Below, one piece after another: positions 1 through 9,830 of a stretch of DNA of 64,000 bases (position 1 is the stretch's first letter; the number at the start of each line of letters is the position of its first letter). A program made the position numbers and the translations under genes. A model generated the notes under the pieces. The model was not told the DNA's origin. It searched no databases and saw only the letters and a list, made by a program, of their open reading frames with translations. This DNA is from Pelagibacteraceae bacterium (GTDB lineage: Bacteria; Pseudomonadota; Alphaproteobacteria; Pelagibacterales; Pelagibacteraceae), in assembly GCA_018402735.1 (NCBI GenBank), contig JAGYIF010000004.1, forward strand, positions 37,669 to 101,668. The letters run 5' to 3'.

Positions 1-521
1 TCAACAATTGGAACCATATTAGCATCTTGAACTAGTTTTGCATATTTAGCTAGGGCAATAGCATTTTCCATGATTGCGGCTGTGCTTGGAAAATTTTTAG
101 ATATTTTATAAACTCCGCGCCATTTTGTAAATCTTGCACCCAATTGGTAGTACTCTTTTAATCGTTCTTGAAGTCCGCTTAATCCTTCAGTAATTAATTC
201 ATCAGGAGAACTTATGAGTGGCTTGGTACCGGCATCCACTTTAATTCCTGGTAATATATTTTGTTTATTTAAAAGTTCAGGAATGGAAGACCCTCTGCTA
301 GATTTTTGTCTAAGTGTTTCGTCGTATAAAATTACACCACTAATATAAGTGCCCACTTTTTTTGAAGTAAATAAAGCTTCTCTAAAACCCAATCTATTTT
401 TTTCTGTTGATGAAATCTTAACAGAATCAAGTCTCTTAGTCATAGTGCCAGTGCTTTCATCAGCTGCAAGAATGCCCTTACCGCTAGCAAGCATTTGAAG
501 TGCAATTTTTTCAATACTCAT
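1..521 (-). CDS. fba: Class I fructose-bisphosphate aldolase (5' part; runs off the window)
   Basis: Not in the ORF track. Manual translation from ATG at 521 gives MSIEKIALQMLASGKGILAADESTG...GIKVDAG...GARFTKWR, the class I aldolase motifs. Lies downstream of pgk. Confidence 0.93.
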   Translation of the reverse strand, partial: MSIEKIALQMLASGKGILAADESTGTMTKRLDSVKISSTEKNRLGFREALFTSKKVGTYISGVILYDETLRQKSSRGSSIPELLNKQNILPGIKVDAGTKPLISSPDELITEGLSGLQERLKEYYQLGARFTKWRGVYKISKNFPSTAAIMENAIALAKYAKLVQDANMVPIV

Positions 522-538
522 GAAAATAAGTTATAATT

Positions 539-1729
539 TTAATTTTTAATTTCAAGAACTTTTAGGCCAGGAAGTATTTTTCCCTCTAACCATTCTAAAA
601 AAGCTCCTCCTGCTGTGGATATGTAAGTAAAGTCATTTTCTTTTTTAGATTTTTTAATAGCAGCAAAAGTATCGCCACCGCCAGCAATCGATATTAATTG
701 CCCTTGCTTTGTTAATTCAGAAATAACCATTGATATTTGATTAGTACCTATTGCAAAGTTATCTTTTTCAAAAAAACCAAAAGGACCGTTCCAAAAAACA
801 GTTTTGGACTTTTTAAGTATATTAGAGATATTTTTTATTGTTTCATTTCCAATATCAAGAATCATATCGTCATCTTCAATTTGATCTAGTTGCTTATTAA
901 TTCCTTTATCTTCAAAAGTTTTTGCAGTGACCACATCTACGGGTAGGATTAATTCACAGTTATTTTGTATTGCTGAATTTAAAATACTTTTTACGGTTGA
1001 ATCTATGTTGTTTTCAATTTTAGATTTGCCTACTTTGAAGTTTTTATATTTTAAGAAATTATTAGCCATGGCGCCGCCGATAATCATATAGTTTACCTTG
1101 GGCAATAGATTGGTTATTAGATCGATTTTTGTGGAAATCTTTGATCCACCAATTAAGCAAGCAACTGGTTTTTGAGTGTCAGAAATAATAGAGTTTAACG
1201 CCATTAACTCCTCGTAGATAGTTTCTCCTGCGTAAGAGTCTATAAATTTTGTAATTCCATGAATTGAAGCGTGTTGACGATGTGAGCAAGAAAACGCTTC
1301 GTTAATATACAGTTCACCTAGGTCAGCAAGTGTTTTTGAAAAATAGTCGCTATCCTTTTCTTCTCCAGCGTCAAAACGCAAATTTTCTAACAAAAAAAGT
1401 TTTTTTCCTTTTTGTATTTTATCCTCAATATTTTTTTTAAAATTTTCATTAATAAAAGTAATTTCTTGTCCTATAATTTTCTCAGCTGCTATTTTAATTG
1501 GCTCTAGCGAAAAACCAGCTTTACCTTTTACTTGTGGTCTTCCTAGGTGAGAACAAAGAATGACCACGGCGCCTCTGTGCAAAAGATTTATTATAATTTT
1601 TTTAACTTTGGTAATTTTAGTTGAATCCGAGACTACTTGGTTCTGAAGAGGAACATTAAAGTCTACTCTGAGTAAAATTTTAAGATTATTAAGGTCTTTG
1701 TTTTTATCTAGGAGTCTTAGTTGGCGCAT
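539..1729 (-). CDS. pgk: Phosphoglycerate kinase
   Basis: RVDFNVP, SHLGRP, LLENLRF, GGGDT and STAGGAFLEWLEGK motifs. Confidence 0.98.
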   Translation of the reverse strand: MRQLRLLDKNKDLNNLKILLRVDFNVPLQNQVVSDSTKITKVKKIIINLLHRGAVVILCSHLGRPQVKGKAGFSLEPIKIAAEKIIGQEITFINENFKKNIEDKIQKGKKLFLLENLRFDAGEEKDSDYFSKTLADLGELYINEAFSCSHRQHASIHGITKFIDSYAGETIYEELMALNSIISDTQKPVACLIGGSKISTKIDLITNLLPKVNYMIIGGAMANNFLKYKNFKVGKSKIENNIDSTVKSILNSAIQNNCELILPVDVVTAKTFEDKGINKQLDQIEDDDMILDIGNETIKNISNILKKSKTVFWNGPFGFFEKDNFAIGTNQISMVISELTKQGQLISIAGGGDTFAAIKKSKKENDFTYISTAGGAFLEWLEGKILPGLKVLEIKN

Positions 1730-1739
1730 TACTCTTGAG

Positions 1740-2738
1740 TTATTTTTTTAAGAACAGCGCTAGGTCGACCATTCGATTAGAAAATCCCCACTCATTATCA
1801 TACCAGGCAAATACAGTTGCAATTTTTCCATCTACTACTTTAGTTAGTAATGTATCTGCAATAGACGATCTTGGATCATGGTTAAAATCAGATGAAACAA
1901 GAGGCTGTTCGCTAATTCCTAAGATATTTTTTAAGTAAGTTTTGCTAGCTTTCTCTAAAGCTAAATTAATTAGTCGTTCATTCATTTTTTTTTTAGCTGT
2001 AAAAGAAAGTTGAACCAAAGAAACGTTTGGCGTTGGAACTCTTATAGATATTCCGTCTACTTTATTTTTTAGATTAGGTAATATTATTCCTAACGAAGTA
2101 GCAGCACCAGTGCTTGTTGGTACTATAGAGCTTGGTGCGCTACGTGCTCTACGTAAATCTTTATGTGAATTATCCAATAATCTTTGGTCGCTTGTGTAAG
2201 AGTGAATGGTCGTCATGTAGCCTCTTTCTATGGAAAAATTTTTATCCATTACATATGCGATAGGTGCTAAACAATTTGTCGTACAGGATGCAACAGAAAT
2301 AATTTTATCTTTTGGGGCTATTTTTTTTTCATTAACGCCATAAACGATTGTTTGATCTGCGTTTTTGCAAGGTGCAGAAACTAGGACTCTTTTTGCTCCT
2401 GCCAATAAGTGCTTACTAGATTTTTCTTTAGAATTAAATTTGCCAGTGCATTCAAAAACAATATCAATCCCCAGTTTTTTCCAAGGTAAATTTTCTGGAT
2501 CATTTTCGTTAAAACAAAGAATATTTTGACCTGCTACCTTGATACTTTTTTTATCAAAGTGTACAGGCACATTAAGATTTCCATGAATGGTGTCTTTTTC
2601 CAATAAAAAAGCACTTGTTCCTGTGTCAGCCCTATTATTTATAGCAACAACTTTAATAGATTTAATTTTATTTTCAATAATAGATCTTAGAACCATTCTT
2701 CCAATTCTTCCAAATCCATTAATTGCTACTTTAATCAT
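1740..2738 (-). CDS. gap: Glyceraldehyde-3-phosphate dehydrogenase
   Basis: INGFGRIGR, catalytic ASCTTNCLAP and WYDNEWG motifs. Confidence 0.97.
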   Translation of the reverse strand: MIKVAINGFGRIGRMVLRSIIENKIKSIKVVAINNRADTGTSAFLLEKDTIHGNLNVPVHFDKKSIKVAGQNILCFNENDPENLPWKKLGIDIVFECTGKFNSKEKSSKHLLAGAKRVLVSAPCKNADQTIVYGVNEKKIAPKDKIISVASCTTNCLAPIAYVMDKNFSIERGYMTTIHSYTSDQRLLDNSHKDLRRARSAPSSIVPTSTGAATSLGIILPNLKNKVDGISIRVPTPNVSLVQLSFTAKKKMNERLINLALEKASKTYLKNILGISEQPLVSSDFNHDPRSSIADTLLTKVVDGKIATVFAWYDNEWGFSNRMVDLALFLKK

Positions 2739-4699
2739 TATTTTCCTAAAATTTCTTTTGCCTGCTGGACTATATTATTACTAGTTAATTTAAAATGTTC
2801 ATATATTTTTTTATAGGGAGCACTTTTTCCAAAACTATCGATACCTAGCTCCCTTCCTTCATTTCCAGTATATTTTTTCCATCCCATAGTAGAGGCGGCC
2901 TCTATAGAAATTTTTGTAGTTGTTTCGTTTAGAATTTTGTTTTTATAAAATTCTGATTGTTGATCAAACAGTTCTTGGCAGGGCATAGAAATAACTTTGC
3001 AATAAATTTTGTTTCTAACTAACTCATGACTTGCTTCAATTGCTATTTCTACTTCTGATCCTGTTGCAATTAGAGTTAGATCTATTGTTGAATTCGTTCG
3101 AAGAATTTCATAAGCACCAAACGAACATTTATTTTCTTTATTAAATTCTTTTCGTACAGGAATTAAATTTTGCCTAGTAAGAGACAGGACACTCGGAGTT
3201 TTTTTTTGTTGTAACGCCAACTCCCAACATTCAATAGTTTCGGTAGTATCAGCTGGCCTAAACACATTCAGGTTTGGTATAGCTCTTAACCCAGCGAGTT
3301 GTTCTATAGGTTGATGGGTTGGCCCATCCTCACCAAGACCGATGGAATCGTGAGTCATTACGTATACCACTCTTTGCTTCATTAAAGCAGATAACCTGAT
3401 AGCTGGTTTACAATAGTCGCTAAAAATTAAAAAAGTTCCACCATATGGAATTAAATTATCGTGCAAAGCAATTCCGTTCATGATGGCGGCCATAGCATGT
3501 TCTCGGACTCCGTAATGAATATAAGTTCCAGAAAAATCTCCTGGTTTAATAATTTTTTGACTTTTTGTTTTAGTGTTGTTGGATCCAGCCAGGTCCGCAG
3601 ATCCTCCAATCAGCTCTGATATTTCTGTGGTTAATAACGTTAGAATATCTTCCGAAGATTTTCTAGTAGCTGTTGGTTTTGCATCTTTAACAGCAGTAAT
3701 TTTTGCATTTGTAAAAATATTATTGAGTAGTTTTGAATTATCTTGAGATAATTTATTTATTTTATTACCTGCTTTTTTTTGCCATTGTAATCTTGATTTT
3801 TTCCCCTGTTCACCAATCGCTCTCCAAGCACTTAATATTTCTTTTGGTATATCAAATGGGGCATGTTTCCATTTTAATTTTTTTCTTACTAAATTAATCT
3901 CATCTTCACCAAGCGGGCTTCCATGAACAGAAGACGTTCCTGATTTGTTAGGAGACCCAAATCCAATAACAGTTTTACACGAAATGACCGTTGGTTTTTT
4001 TGCTTTTTGAGTTTTTTTTATGGCTTTAAATATTTGTTTTTCATTGTGACCGTTTATATCGATGTACTCCCAGCCATATGCTTCAAATCTTTTTTTATAA
4101 TTATCAGAAACAGCAAGGCTTGTTGGACCATCAATAGAGACGGAGTTATTATCAAAAAACATGATTAAATTTCTTAGTTTTAAGTGACCAGCCAAACTTA
4201 AAGCTTCGTGACTTATTCCTTCCATAAGACAGCCATCGCCAGCAATCACATACGTTTTGTGGTCATAAATATCTTTACCTTTTTTTGCTTTTAATATTTG
4301 TTCAGAAATTGCAAAGCCAACAGCATTTGCAATACCTTGTCCCAAAGGACCAGTGGTTGTTTCAATACCCGTGCCCTGTTCATATTCAGGATGACCAGCA
4401 CAAATAGAATCTAATTGCCTAAAATTTTTAATGTCTTCTAGAGAAACACTTTTGTAGCCAGTTAAATATAAAAGAGAGTATAGCAGCATTGAGCCGTGAC
4501 CAGCAGACAAAACGAATCGATCTCGATTAATCCATTCCGGATCACTTGGATCAAATTTTAAAAAATACTTGAATAGTACAGCGCATACATCCGCCATTCC
4601 CATGGGCATTCCAGGGTGACCAGAATTTGCTTTTTGCACAGCATCTATTGATAAAAAACGAATTGCATTTGCAATATCGGCGTGGGTAACTTTTTTCAT
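2738..4699 (-). CDS. tkt: Transketolase
   Basis: SGHPGMPMG, GDGCLMEG, YGVREHAM and GEDGPTHQP motifs. Confidence 0.98.
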   Translation of the reverse strand: MKKVTHADIANAIRFLSIDAVQKANSGHPGMPMGMADVCAVLFKYFLKFDPSDPEWINRDRFVLSAGHGSMLLYSLLYLTGYKSVSLEDIKNFRQLDSICAGHPEYEQGTGIETTTGPLGQGIANAVGFAISEQILKAKKGKDIYDHKTYVIAGDGCLMEGISHEALSLAGHLKLRNLIMFFDNNSVSIDGPTSLAVSDNYKKRFEAYGWEYIDINGHNEKQIFKAIKKTQKAKKPTVISCKTVIGFGSPNKSGTSSVHGSPLGEDEINLVRKKLKWKHAPFDIPKEILSAWRAIGEQGKKSRLQWQKKAGNKINKLSQDNSKLLNNIFTNAKITAVKDAKPTATRKSSEDILTLLTTEISELIGGSADLAGSNNTKTKSQKIIKPGDFSGTYIHYGVREHAMAAIMNGIALHDNLIPYGGTFLIFSDYCKPAIRLSALMKQRVVYVMTHDSIGLGEDGPTHQPIEQLAGLRAIPNLNVFRPADTTETIECWELALQQKKTPSVLSLTRQNLIPVRKEFNKENKCSFGAYEILRTNSTIDLTLIATGSEVEIAIEASHELVRNKIYCKVISMPCQELFDQQSEFYKNKILNETTTKISIEAASTMGWKKYTGNEGRELGIDSFGKSAPYKKIYEHFKLTSNNIVQQAKEILGK

Positions 4700-4786
4700 T
4701 AAAACCTTTTTAGACTTTGCTTCTCGAAATTAATAATACTTTGTTATATAAATAAAAAGATAAATAAATAATAGATAATAGAATAA

Positions 4787-5227
4787 ATGAATAAGCTTAA
4801 AGACAAAGAAGAGCACCTCTTTAATTCACTGTCCAAATTGGATTCAATTAGCGATTTAGTTCATAATTCAAAAAAAAAGATTGTAGATCTTGAACAATTA
4901 AAATTAGATTTGGAGCAGGAAAAATCAAGTTTACGTTTAAAGTTATCCACACTTGAGACAGAAAACATTTCTTTGAAACAAAATTTACAAAATCTTCATG
5001 ATAAAGTTAATTTAGAAGATAAATCTTCACTCAATTTAAGATCTAAAATTGAAGAAATTGAAAGTGAAAATATAAAATTAAAAAACGAAATTTTGTCGAT
5101 GGAAAGAGATCTTCAAAATTCAAGGTACCAATTAGCAGAAGCAAAAGAACGAAAAGAAGCGGTAGTGAAAAAAATTGATGAGCTCAGTCAAGAAACGGAC
5201 GAACTATTGGATGGTCAGCCATGGTAA
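4787..5227 (+). CDS. Coiled-coil protein upstream of zapA (ZauP/DUF4164-like position)
   Basis: Heptad-rich L/E/K sequence overlapping the zapA start; same position as Caulobacter zauP. Confidence 0.6.
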   Translation: MNKLKDKEEHLFNSLSKLDSISDLVHNSKKKIVDLEQLKLDLEQEKSSLRLKLSTLETENISLKQNLQNLHDKVNLEDKSSLNLRSKIEEIESENIKLKNEILSMERDLQNSRYQLAEAKERKEAVVKKIDELSQETDELLDGQPW

Positions 5228-5649
5228 ATGTAAACGTACGTTTTAATGGTAGGGATTATTTATTGGCTTGTGAAGATGGACAAGAGCAAGAATTAGAAAA
5301 GCTAACGATAGAACTTAATAAAAAATACGAACAATTAAAATCAGATCTTGGAAATCTTGGAGAAGGAAAATTATTACTAATTACCGCAATTCAAGTTGTA
5401 GATGAAGTTTACACTTTGAAAGCAAGTTTGGAAAAATTCAAACAGCACAACAAAGAGTTGGAAGCAAAATTTAAAGAAATTAAAGATTTATCTATTCAGT
5501 ATAAAAATGACAGAGATAGAGAAGTAAGAAATTTAAATGAAGAATTGGCAAATCTTAAAGCTATGATTTCTCAAAATGAAAATAGTTATTCCGAGGTATT
5601 AACCAAAGTTAACAATTCAATTAATAATTTTTTATCCAAAGCTAATTAG
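5221..5649 (+). CDS. zapA: Cell division protein ZapA
   Basis: N-terminal VNVRFNGRDYLLACEDGQE and LLLITAIQVVDE; synteny with ygfA. Confidence 0.88.
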   Translation: MVNVNVRFNGRDYLLACEDGQEQELEKLTIELNKKYEQLKSDLGNLGEGKLLLITAIQVVDEVYTLKASLEKFKQHNKELEAKFKEIKDLSIQYKNDRDREVRNLNEELANLKAMISQNENSYSEVLTKVNNSINNFLSKAN

Positions 5650-5654
5650 CTTTA

Positions 5655-6200
5655 ATGAAAGATAAGCTAAGAAAAAAGTTTAGTAAGTTGCGTGGAAAAA
5701 AATACGCAGAATTAACAGAATCGCAAATTAGCATCATTGTTTCTTTCTTATTTAAAATTATCAAGCGGCATAAAATTAAAACAATAGGAGCGTACCAACC
5801 TATTAATTTTGAACTTAATATGAATCCGGTCCTGCAAATATTAAAAAAAAAATATACAATCGCTCTACCTGTAGTTCTTAAAAAAAATAAAATGGAATTT
5901 AAAGTATGGAATGAACATGAGCCACTTTATGTAAATAAATTTGGAATTTTGGAACCATCTTTAAAAAACAAAAAAATTATTCCTCAATTATTTTTAACAC
6001 CATTACTTGCTTTTGATTCGAACTTTAACCGTCTTGGTTATGGCAGGGGCTATTATGATAGATATCTATCTAAAAATAAAAAATTTTTAACTTTTGGAGT
6101 AGCTTTTTCGTTTCAACAAACAAAAGCAATTCCTGTTAACAAAGACGACGTTCCGTTAAAAGGAATTATTACTGAGCAAGGCAGTATTATTAAAGAATGA
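5655..6200 (+). CDS. ygfA: 5-formyltetrahydrofolate cyclo-ligase
   Basis: PLLAFD...RLGYGRGYYDR motif. Confidence 0.93.
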   Translation: MKDKLRKKFSKLRGKKYAELTESQISIIVSFLFKIIKRHKIKTIGAYQPINFELNMNPVLQILKKKYTIALPVVLKKNKMEFKVWNEHEPLYVNKFGILEPSLKNKKIIPQLFLTPLLAFDSNFNRLGYGRGYYDRYLSKNKKFLTFGVAFSFQQTKAIPVNKDDVPLKGIITEQGSIIKE

Positions 6201-7006
6201 ATTTTTTGTTTTTAGGCGACATCATGGGCAGAGCTGGAAGAAATGTAGTTATTGATAAGTTGCCAGATATTATCAAGACACGCAACATAGATTTTGTAAT
6301 TGCCAATGGAGAAAATGCAGCTGGTGGTTATGGAATTACGCAAGCTATTTGTGAAGAGCTATTCGCAGTTGGTGTTGATGTCATTACTACCGGAAACCAT
6401 ATTTGGGATCAAAAAGAAACAATAGATTTTATTGCAAAAGAAAAAAGATTGTTACGTCCGTGGAATTATGGAGAAGGAACCCCAGGAAATGGATTTGAAA
6501 TTTACGAAAATAATAATTGTAAAATTGGAGTGATGAATTTAATGGGCAATGTATATATGAAAAAAAATACAGATCCCGTCTTTCCTTTTATAGAAAAAAA
6601 AATGAAGAAAATTATTTTAAAAAAAGATTTAGATTTTTTATTTGTAGACATTCATGCTGAGATAACGAGCGAAAAACAAGCCATGGGTTATTTTTTAGAC
6701 GGAAAAGCTACCTTAGTTGTGGGTACCCATACCCATACTCCAACAGCAGATTTTAGAATATTAGAAAATGGAACCGCATATCAAACTGATGCTGGTATGT
6801 GTGGAGATTATAATTCAATAATAGGAATGGAAAGCGATAAAGCTTTAAAACGTTTTTTCACGCAAGAAAGAACTGAAAGATTAAGCCCGGCTAATGGAGA
6901 AGCAACTTTATCTGGAGTTGTGGTTGTAGGTGACATTGATACAGGACTAGCAAAAAAAATTGAACCTATTATTATTGGCGGACGTCTAACAAATAAATTT
7001 ACATAA
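6197..7006 (+). CDS. ymdB: YmdB/TIGR00282 metallophosphoesterase
   Basis: GDIMG, NGENAAGG, TTGNH, DIHAEITSEK and VGTHTH motifs. Confidence 0.93.
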   Translation: MNFLFLGDIMGRAGRNVVIDKLPDIIKTRNIDFVIANGENAAGGYGITQAICEELFAVGVDVITTGNHIWDQKETIDFIAKEKRLLRPWNYGEGTPGNGFEIYENNNCKIGVMNLMGNVYMKKNTDPVFPFIEKKMKKIILKKDLDFLFVDIHAEITSEKQAMGYFLDGKATLVVGTHTHTPTADFRILENGTAYQTDAGMCGDYNSIIGMESDKALKRFFTQERTERLSPANGEATLSGVVVVGDIDTGLAKKIEPIIIGGRLTNKFT

Positions 7007-7007
7007 C

Positions 7008-7757
7008 ATGGCAGGTCATTCGCATTGGGCAGGTATTAAGCACAAAAAAGGAAAAGCAGATAAACAACGTTCCAAGTTATTTTCTAAATTAAGCAGAGAA
7101 ATAACGGTCTCAGCCAGATTGGGACTTCCTGAGGTTGATTTTAATCCAAGATTAAGATCTGCAGTTCAGGCTGCACGCGAAGCCAACATGCCAAAAGATA
7201 ATATTGTAAGAGCAATTAAAAAAGCACAAGGTCCAAATGACGATGCTAATTATGAAAAAAGTCAATATGAAGGATTTGGACCGGGAGGAGTTGCTTTTAT
7301 TATTGAAGCATTAACAGATAATAAAAATAGAACAGTTACTAACCTAAGAATTTTATTTGAAAAAAGTGGTTCTTCTCTAGGTGTAGAAGGTTCTGTTTCG
7401 TATCAGTTCGAAGAAATGGGTCAAATCAAAATTAGAAAAGAATTAATTTCTGAAGAGGAGGTATTTGCGCTTGCGTTAGAAGCGGGAGTAGAAGATTGTA
7501 TTAGTGGTGACAAATACCACGAAATTTTTTCTAAAAAAGAAAATTTTAATGATGTTAGAACCGTAGTAGAAAAAAAAATTAAAGATCTTAGTTTTGCTGG
7601 AATTATTTGGAAACCAAAGAATACAGTTTCAATTAATAAAGAAACATTTGAAAAAATTATCGATTTTATTGATTTGTTAGAAGATGATGAAGATGTTCAA
7701 AATGTTTATACAAATTTTGATGTGGATGAAAATATTTTAAAGGAGATGCAAGCTTGA
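7008..7757 (+). CDS. yebC: YebC/PmpR family protein
   Basis: MAGHSHWAGIKHKK, YEGFGPGG and DDEDVQNVYTN motifs. Confidence 0.96.
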   Translation: MAGHSHWAGIKHKKGKADKQRSKLFSKLSREITVSARLGLPEVDFNPRLRSAVQAAREANMPKDNIVRAIKKAQGPNDDANYEKSQYEGFGPGGVAFIIEALTDNKNRTVTNLRILFEKSGSSLGVEGSVSYQFEEMGQIKIRKELISEEEVFALALEAGVEDCISGDKYHEIFSKKENFNDVRTVVEKKIKDLSFAGIIWKPKNTVSINKETFEKIIDFIDLLEDDEDVQNVYTNFDVDENILKEMQA

Positions 7758-8251
7758 TCGTATTTGGAATAGATCCAGGAGTAAGTGGAGCTATCAGTGT
7801 ATTTGAAAATAAAAAAATTATCACATTTTTTGATATGCCGACGATGATTGAAGGTAAAAAAAATAAGAGACAGGTCAATGCCGCTCAGTTAGCCCACGAA
7901 ATTAAATCTAGAATAACGGATCGTGAGGCAACCTCAGTTATTATAGAGCAGGTAAGTGCGATGCCAGGACAGGGCGTAACCAGCATGTTCAATTTCGGTC
8001 AATCTTTTGGCGTTATTAAAGGAATATGCTCAGCTCTTGGAATCTCTATTTATTTTATTAGACCAGTAAAATGGAAAAAGCATTTTAATTTAATAGGATC
8101 TGAAAAAGATGCTAGCAGAACCAAAGTGATTGAAATGTTTCCCGATTTATCACCTCAGTTAAATAAAAAAAAAGATTCTAACAAATCAGACGCTATTTTA
8201 ATTGGAAAGTATTTTGTAGATCATTATTCTAACGAAAGTTTTCATGGCTAA
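7754..8251 (+). CDS. RuvC-like Holliday junction resolvase (MOC1/phage-like subtype)
   Basis: GIDPG acidic motif, IEQV, WKKHF, KDASR..FP and terminal SDAILIG; occupies the ruvC position after yebC. Confidence 0.8.
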   Translation: MIVFGIDPGVSGAISVFENKKIITFFDMPTMIEGKKNKRQVNAAQLAHEIKSRITDREATSVIIEQVSAMPGQGVTSMFNFGQSFGVIKGICSALGISIYFIRPVKWKKHFNLIGSEKDASRTKVIEMFPDLSPQLNKKKDSNKSDAILIGKYFVDHYSNESFHG

Positions 8252-8672
8252 ATATTTTGAGCACAATGTTCGTGTTTACTATGAAGATACTGATGCTGGT
8301 GGAATTGTTTATTACGCAAATTATTTAAAATACTTAGAGCGGGCAAGAACTGAAATGATTTATAGTCTTGGCTTAAATCACAATATGCTAGTGGATAAAT
8401 ATGGATTTCAAATAGTAGTGTCCCATCTTGATATTGCTTTTAAAAAGTCAGCTCATTTTGAAGACTTTTTAATTATTAAAACGGAATTAAAGTACTTGTC
8501 GGCTATAAAATTGGGAATGAATCAAAAAGTGTTTAAAGTTGATTGCTGGACTGCAAAAAAATCAGAAGAACTCTTGGTTGGAGCAGAAATTATATTAGCA
8601 TGCGTTAATAAGCAGGGTAAGCCTAAAAAAATGCCTTTAGAGACCATGGATCTTTTCAAAAGTTGCCTTTAA
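8244..8672 (+). CDS. ybgC: Tol-pal-associated acyl-CoA thioesterase
   Basis: RVYYEDTDAGGIVYYANYLKYLERAR motif. Confidence 0.93.
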   Translation: MAKYFEHNVRVYYEDTDAGGIVYYANYLKYLERARTEMIYSLGLNHNMLVDKYGFQIVVSHLDIAFKKSAHFEDFLIIKTELKYLSAIKLGMNQKVFKVDCWTAKKSEELLVGAEIILACVNKQGKPKKMPLETMDLFKSCL

Positions 8673-8735
8673 TAACGAATTTATATAATTCTAAAAAGAC
8701 AAATTAATGACAACATTAGAAAGTACAAAATATTT

Positions 8736-9407
8736 ATGGATCCAGTTACAGCAACAGCAACAACAAGCCTAGCAAGCACTGATTTTTCTATTTTCACTCT
8801 TTTTCTTCGGGCAGATATTGTAGTGAAGCTCGTCATGCTCTCTCTTTTGGTAGCTTCTATTTTTTCTTGGGCTCTTATTTTTGATAAATTTAAAATTTTT
8901 AAAAAATTATTTAAAGAAACAGCTTTAGTTGAAGACCAGTTTTGGTCATCTAGATCAGCAAGTGACTTTTATAAAAAAACAGATAGCTCTTCTGACAATC
9001 CTTTAATTGTGGTTTTTAGAGCTGGCATGGAATGCGCACAAGATAGCAAAAGCAAAGGACAATTAACGGAAAGAACTAAAAGAGTAATGGATGTTGCGAT
9101 TGATAAAGAAATAGAAAAATATGAAAAGAATCTCTCTTTTCTTGCAACAGTAGGTTCAGTTGCCCCATTTATTGGATTGTTCGGGACGGTTTGGGGAATT
9201 ATGAACTCTTTTCAATCTATAGCTATTTCAAGAAATACAAGTCTTGCAATTGTAGCGCCTGGAATTGCGGAAGCTTTATTTGCTACAGCACTGGGTTTGC
9301 TTGCAGCAATACCGGCAGTTGTTGCTTACAATAAGTTTTCAAGCGATTCTAGAAAATATACGCAAAAATTAGAAAATTTTACACAAAGTTTTTTAACAAT
9401 AATATAA
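8736..9407 (+). CDS. tolQ: TolQ
   Basis: APFIGLFGTVWGIM and APGIAEALFATALGL motifs. Confidence 0.96.
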   Translation: MDPVTATATTSLASTDFSIFTLFLRADIVVKLVMLSLLVASIFSWALIFDKFKIFKKLFKETALVEDQFWSSRSASDFYKKTDSSSDNPLIVVFRAGMECAQDSKSKGQLTERTKRVMDVAIDKEIEKYEKNLSFLATVGSVAPFIGLFGTVWGIMNSFQSIAISRNTSLAIVAPGIAEALFATALGLLAAIPAVVAYNKFSSDSRKYTQKLENFTQSFLTII

Positions 9408-9827
9408 ATGGCTTTTTTGTTTTCAAAATCCAGATCTCGTTCTAGATCTTTAATGAGCGAGATTAACGTTACTCCATTTGTAGACGTTATGTTAGTTTTA
9501 TTAATCGTATTTATGGTGTCAGCACCCATGTTAACGGTTGGGGTTCCGGTTAATTTACCAAATAGTGACGCAGACTCTTTACCTGATGATAATGAACCTT
9601 TAACATTATCAATTAATTCTAAAGGAGAGATTTTTATTCAAGATACTAAAATTGGATTTAATGAATTAATTCCAAAAATTTTAGCAGTTTCTAAAAACAG
9701 AACTGACACAAGAATTTATGTACGAGGAGATAAAAATATTAACTACGGAAGGGTCATGGAGATCATGGGTAAATTATCAGGATCTGGATTTTCTAAAGTA
9801 GCGCTTCTTTCTGAAACAAAAAGGTAG
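9408..9827 (+). CDS. tolR: TolR
   Basis: SEINVTPFVDVMLVLLIVFM motif. Confidence 0.95.
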   Translation: MAFLFSKSRSRSRSLMSEINVTPFVDVMLVLLIVFMVSAPMLTVGVPVNLPNSDADSLPDDNEPLTLSINSKGEIFIQDTKIGFNELIPKILAVSKNRTDTRIYVRGDKNINYGRVMEIMGKLSGSGFSKVALLSETKR

Positions 9828-9830
9828 TTC

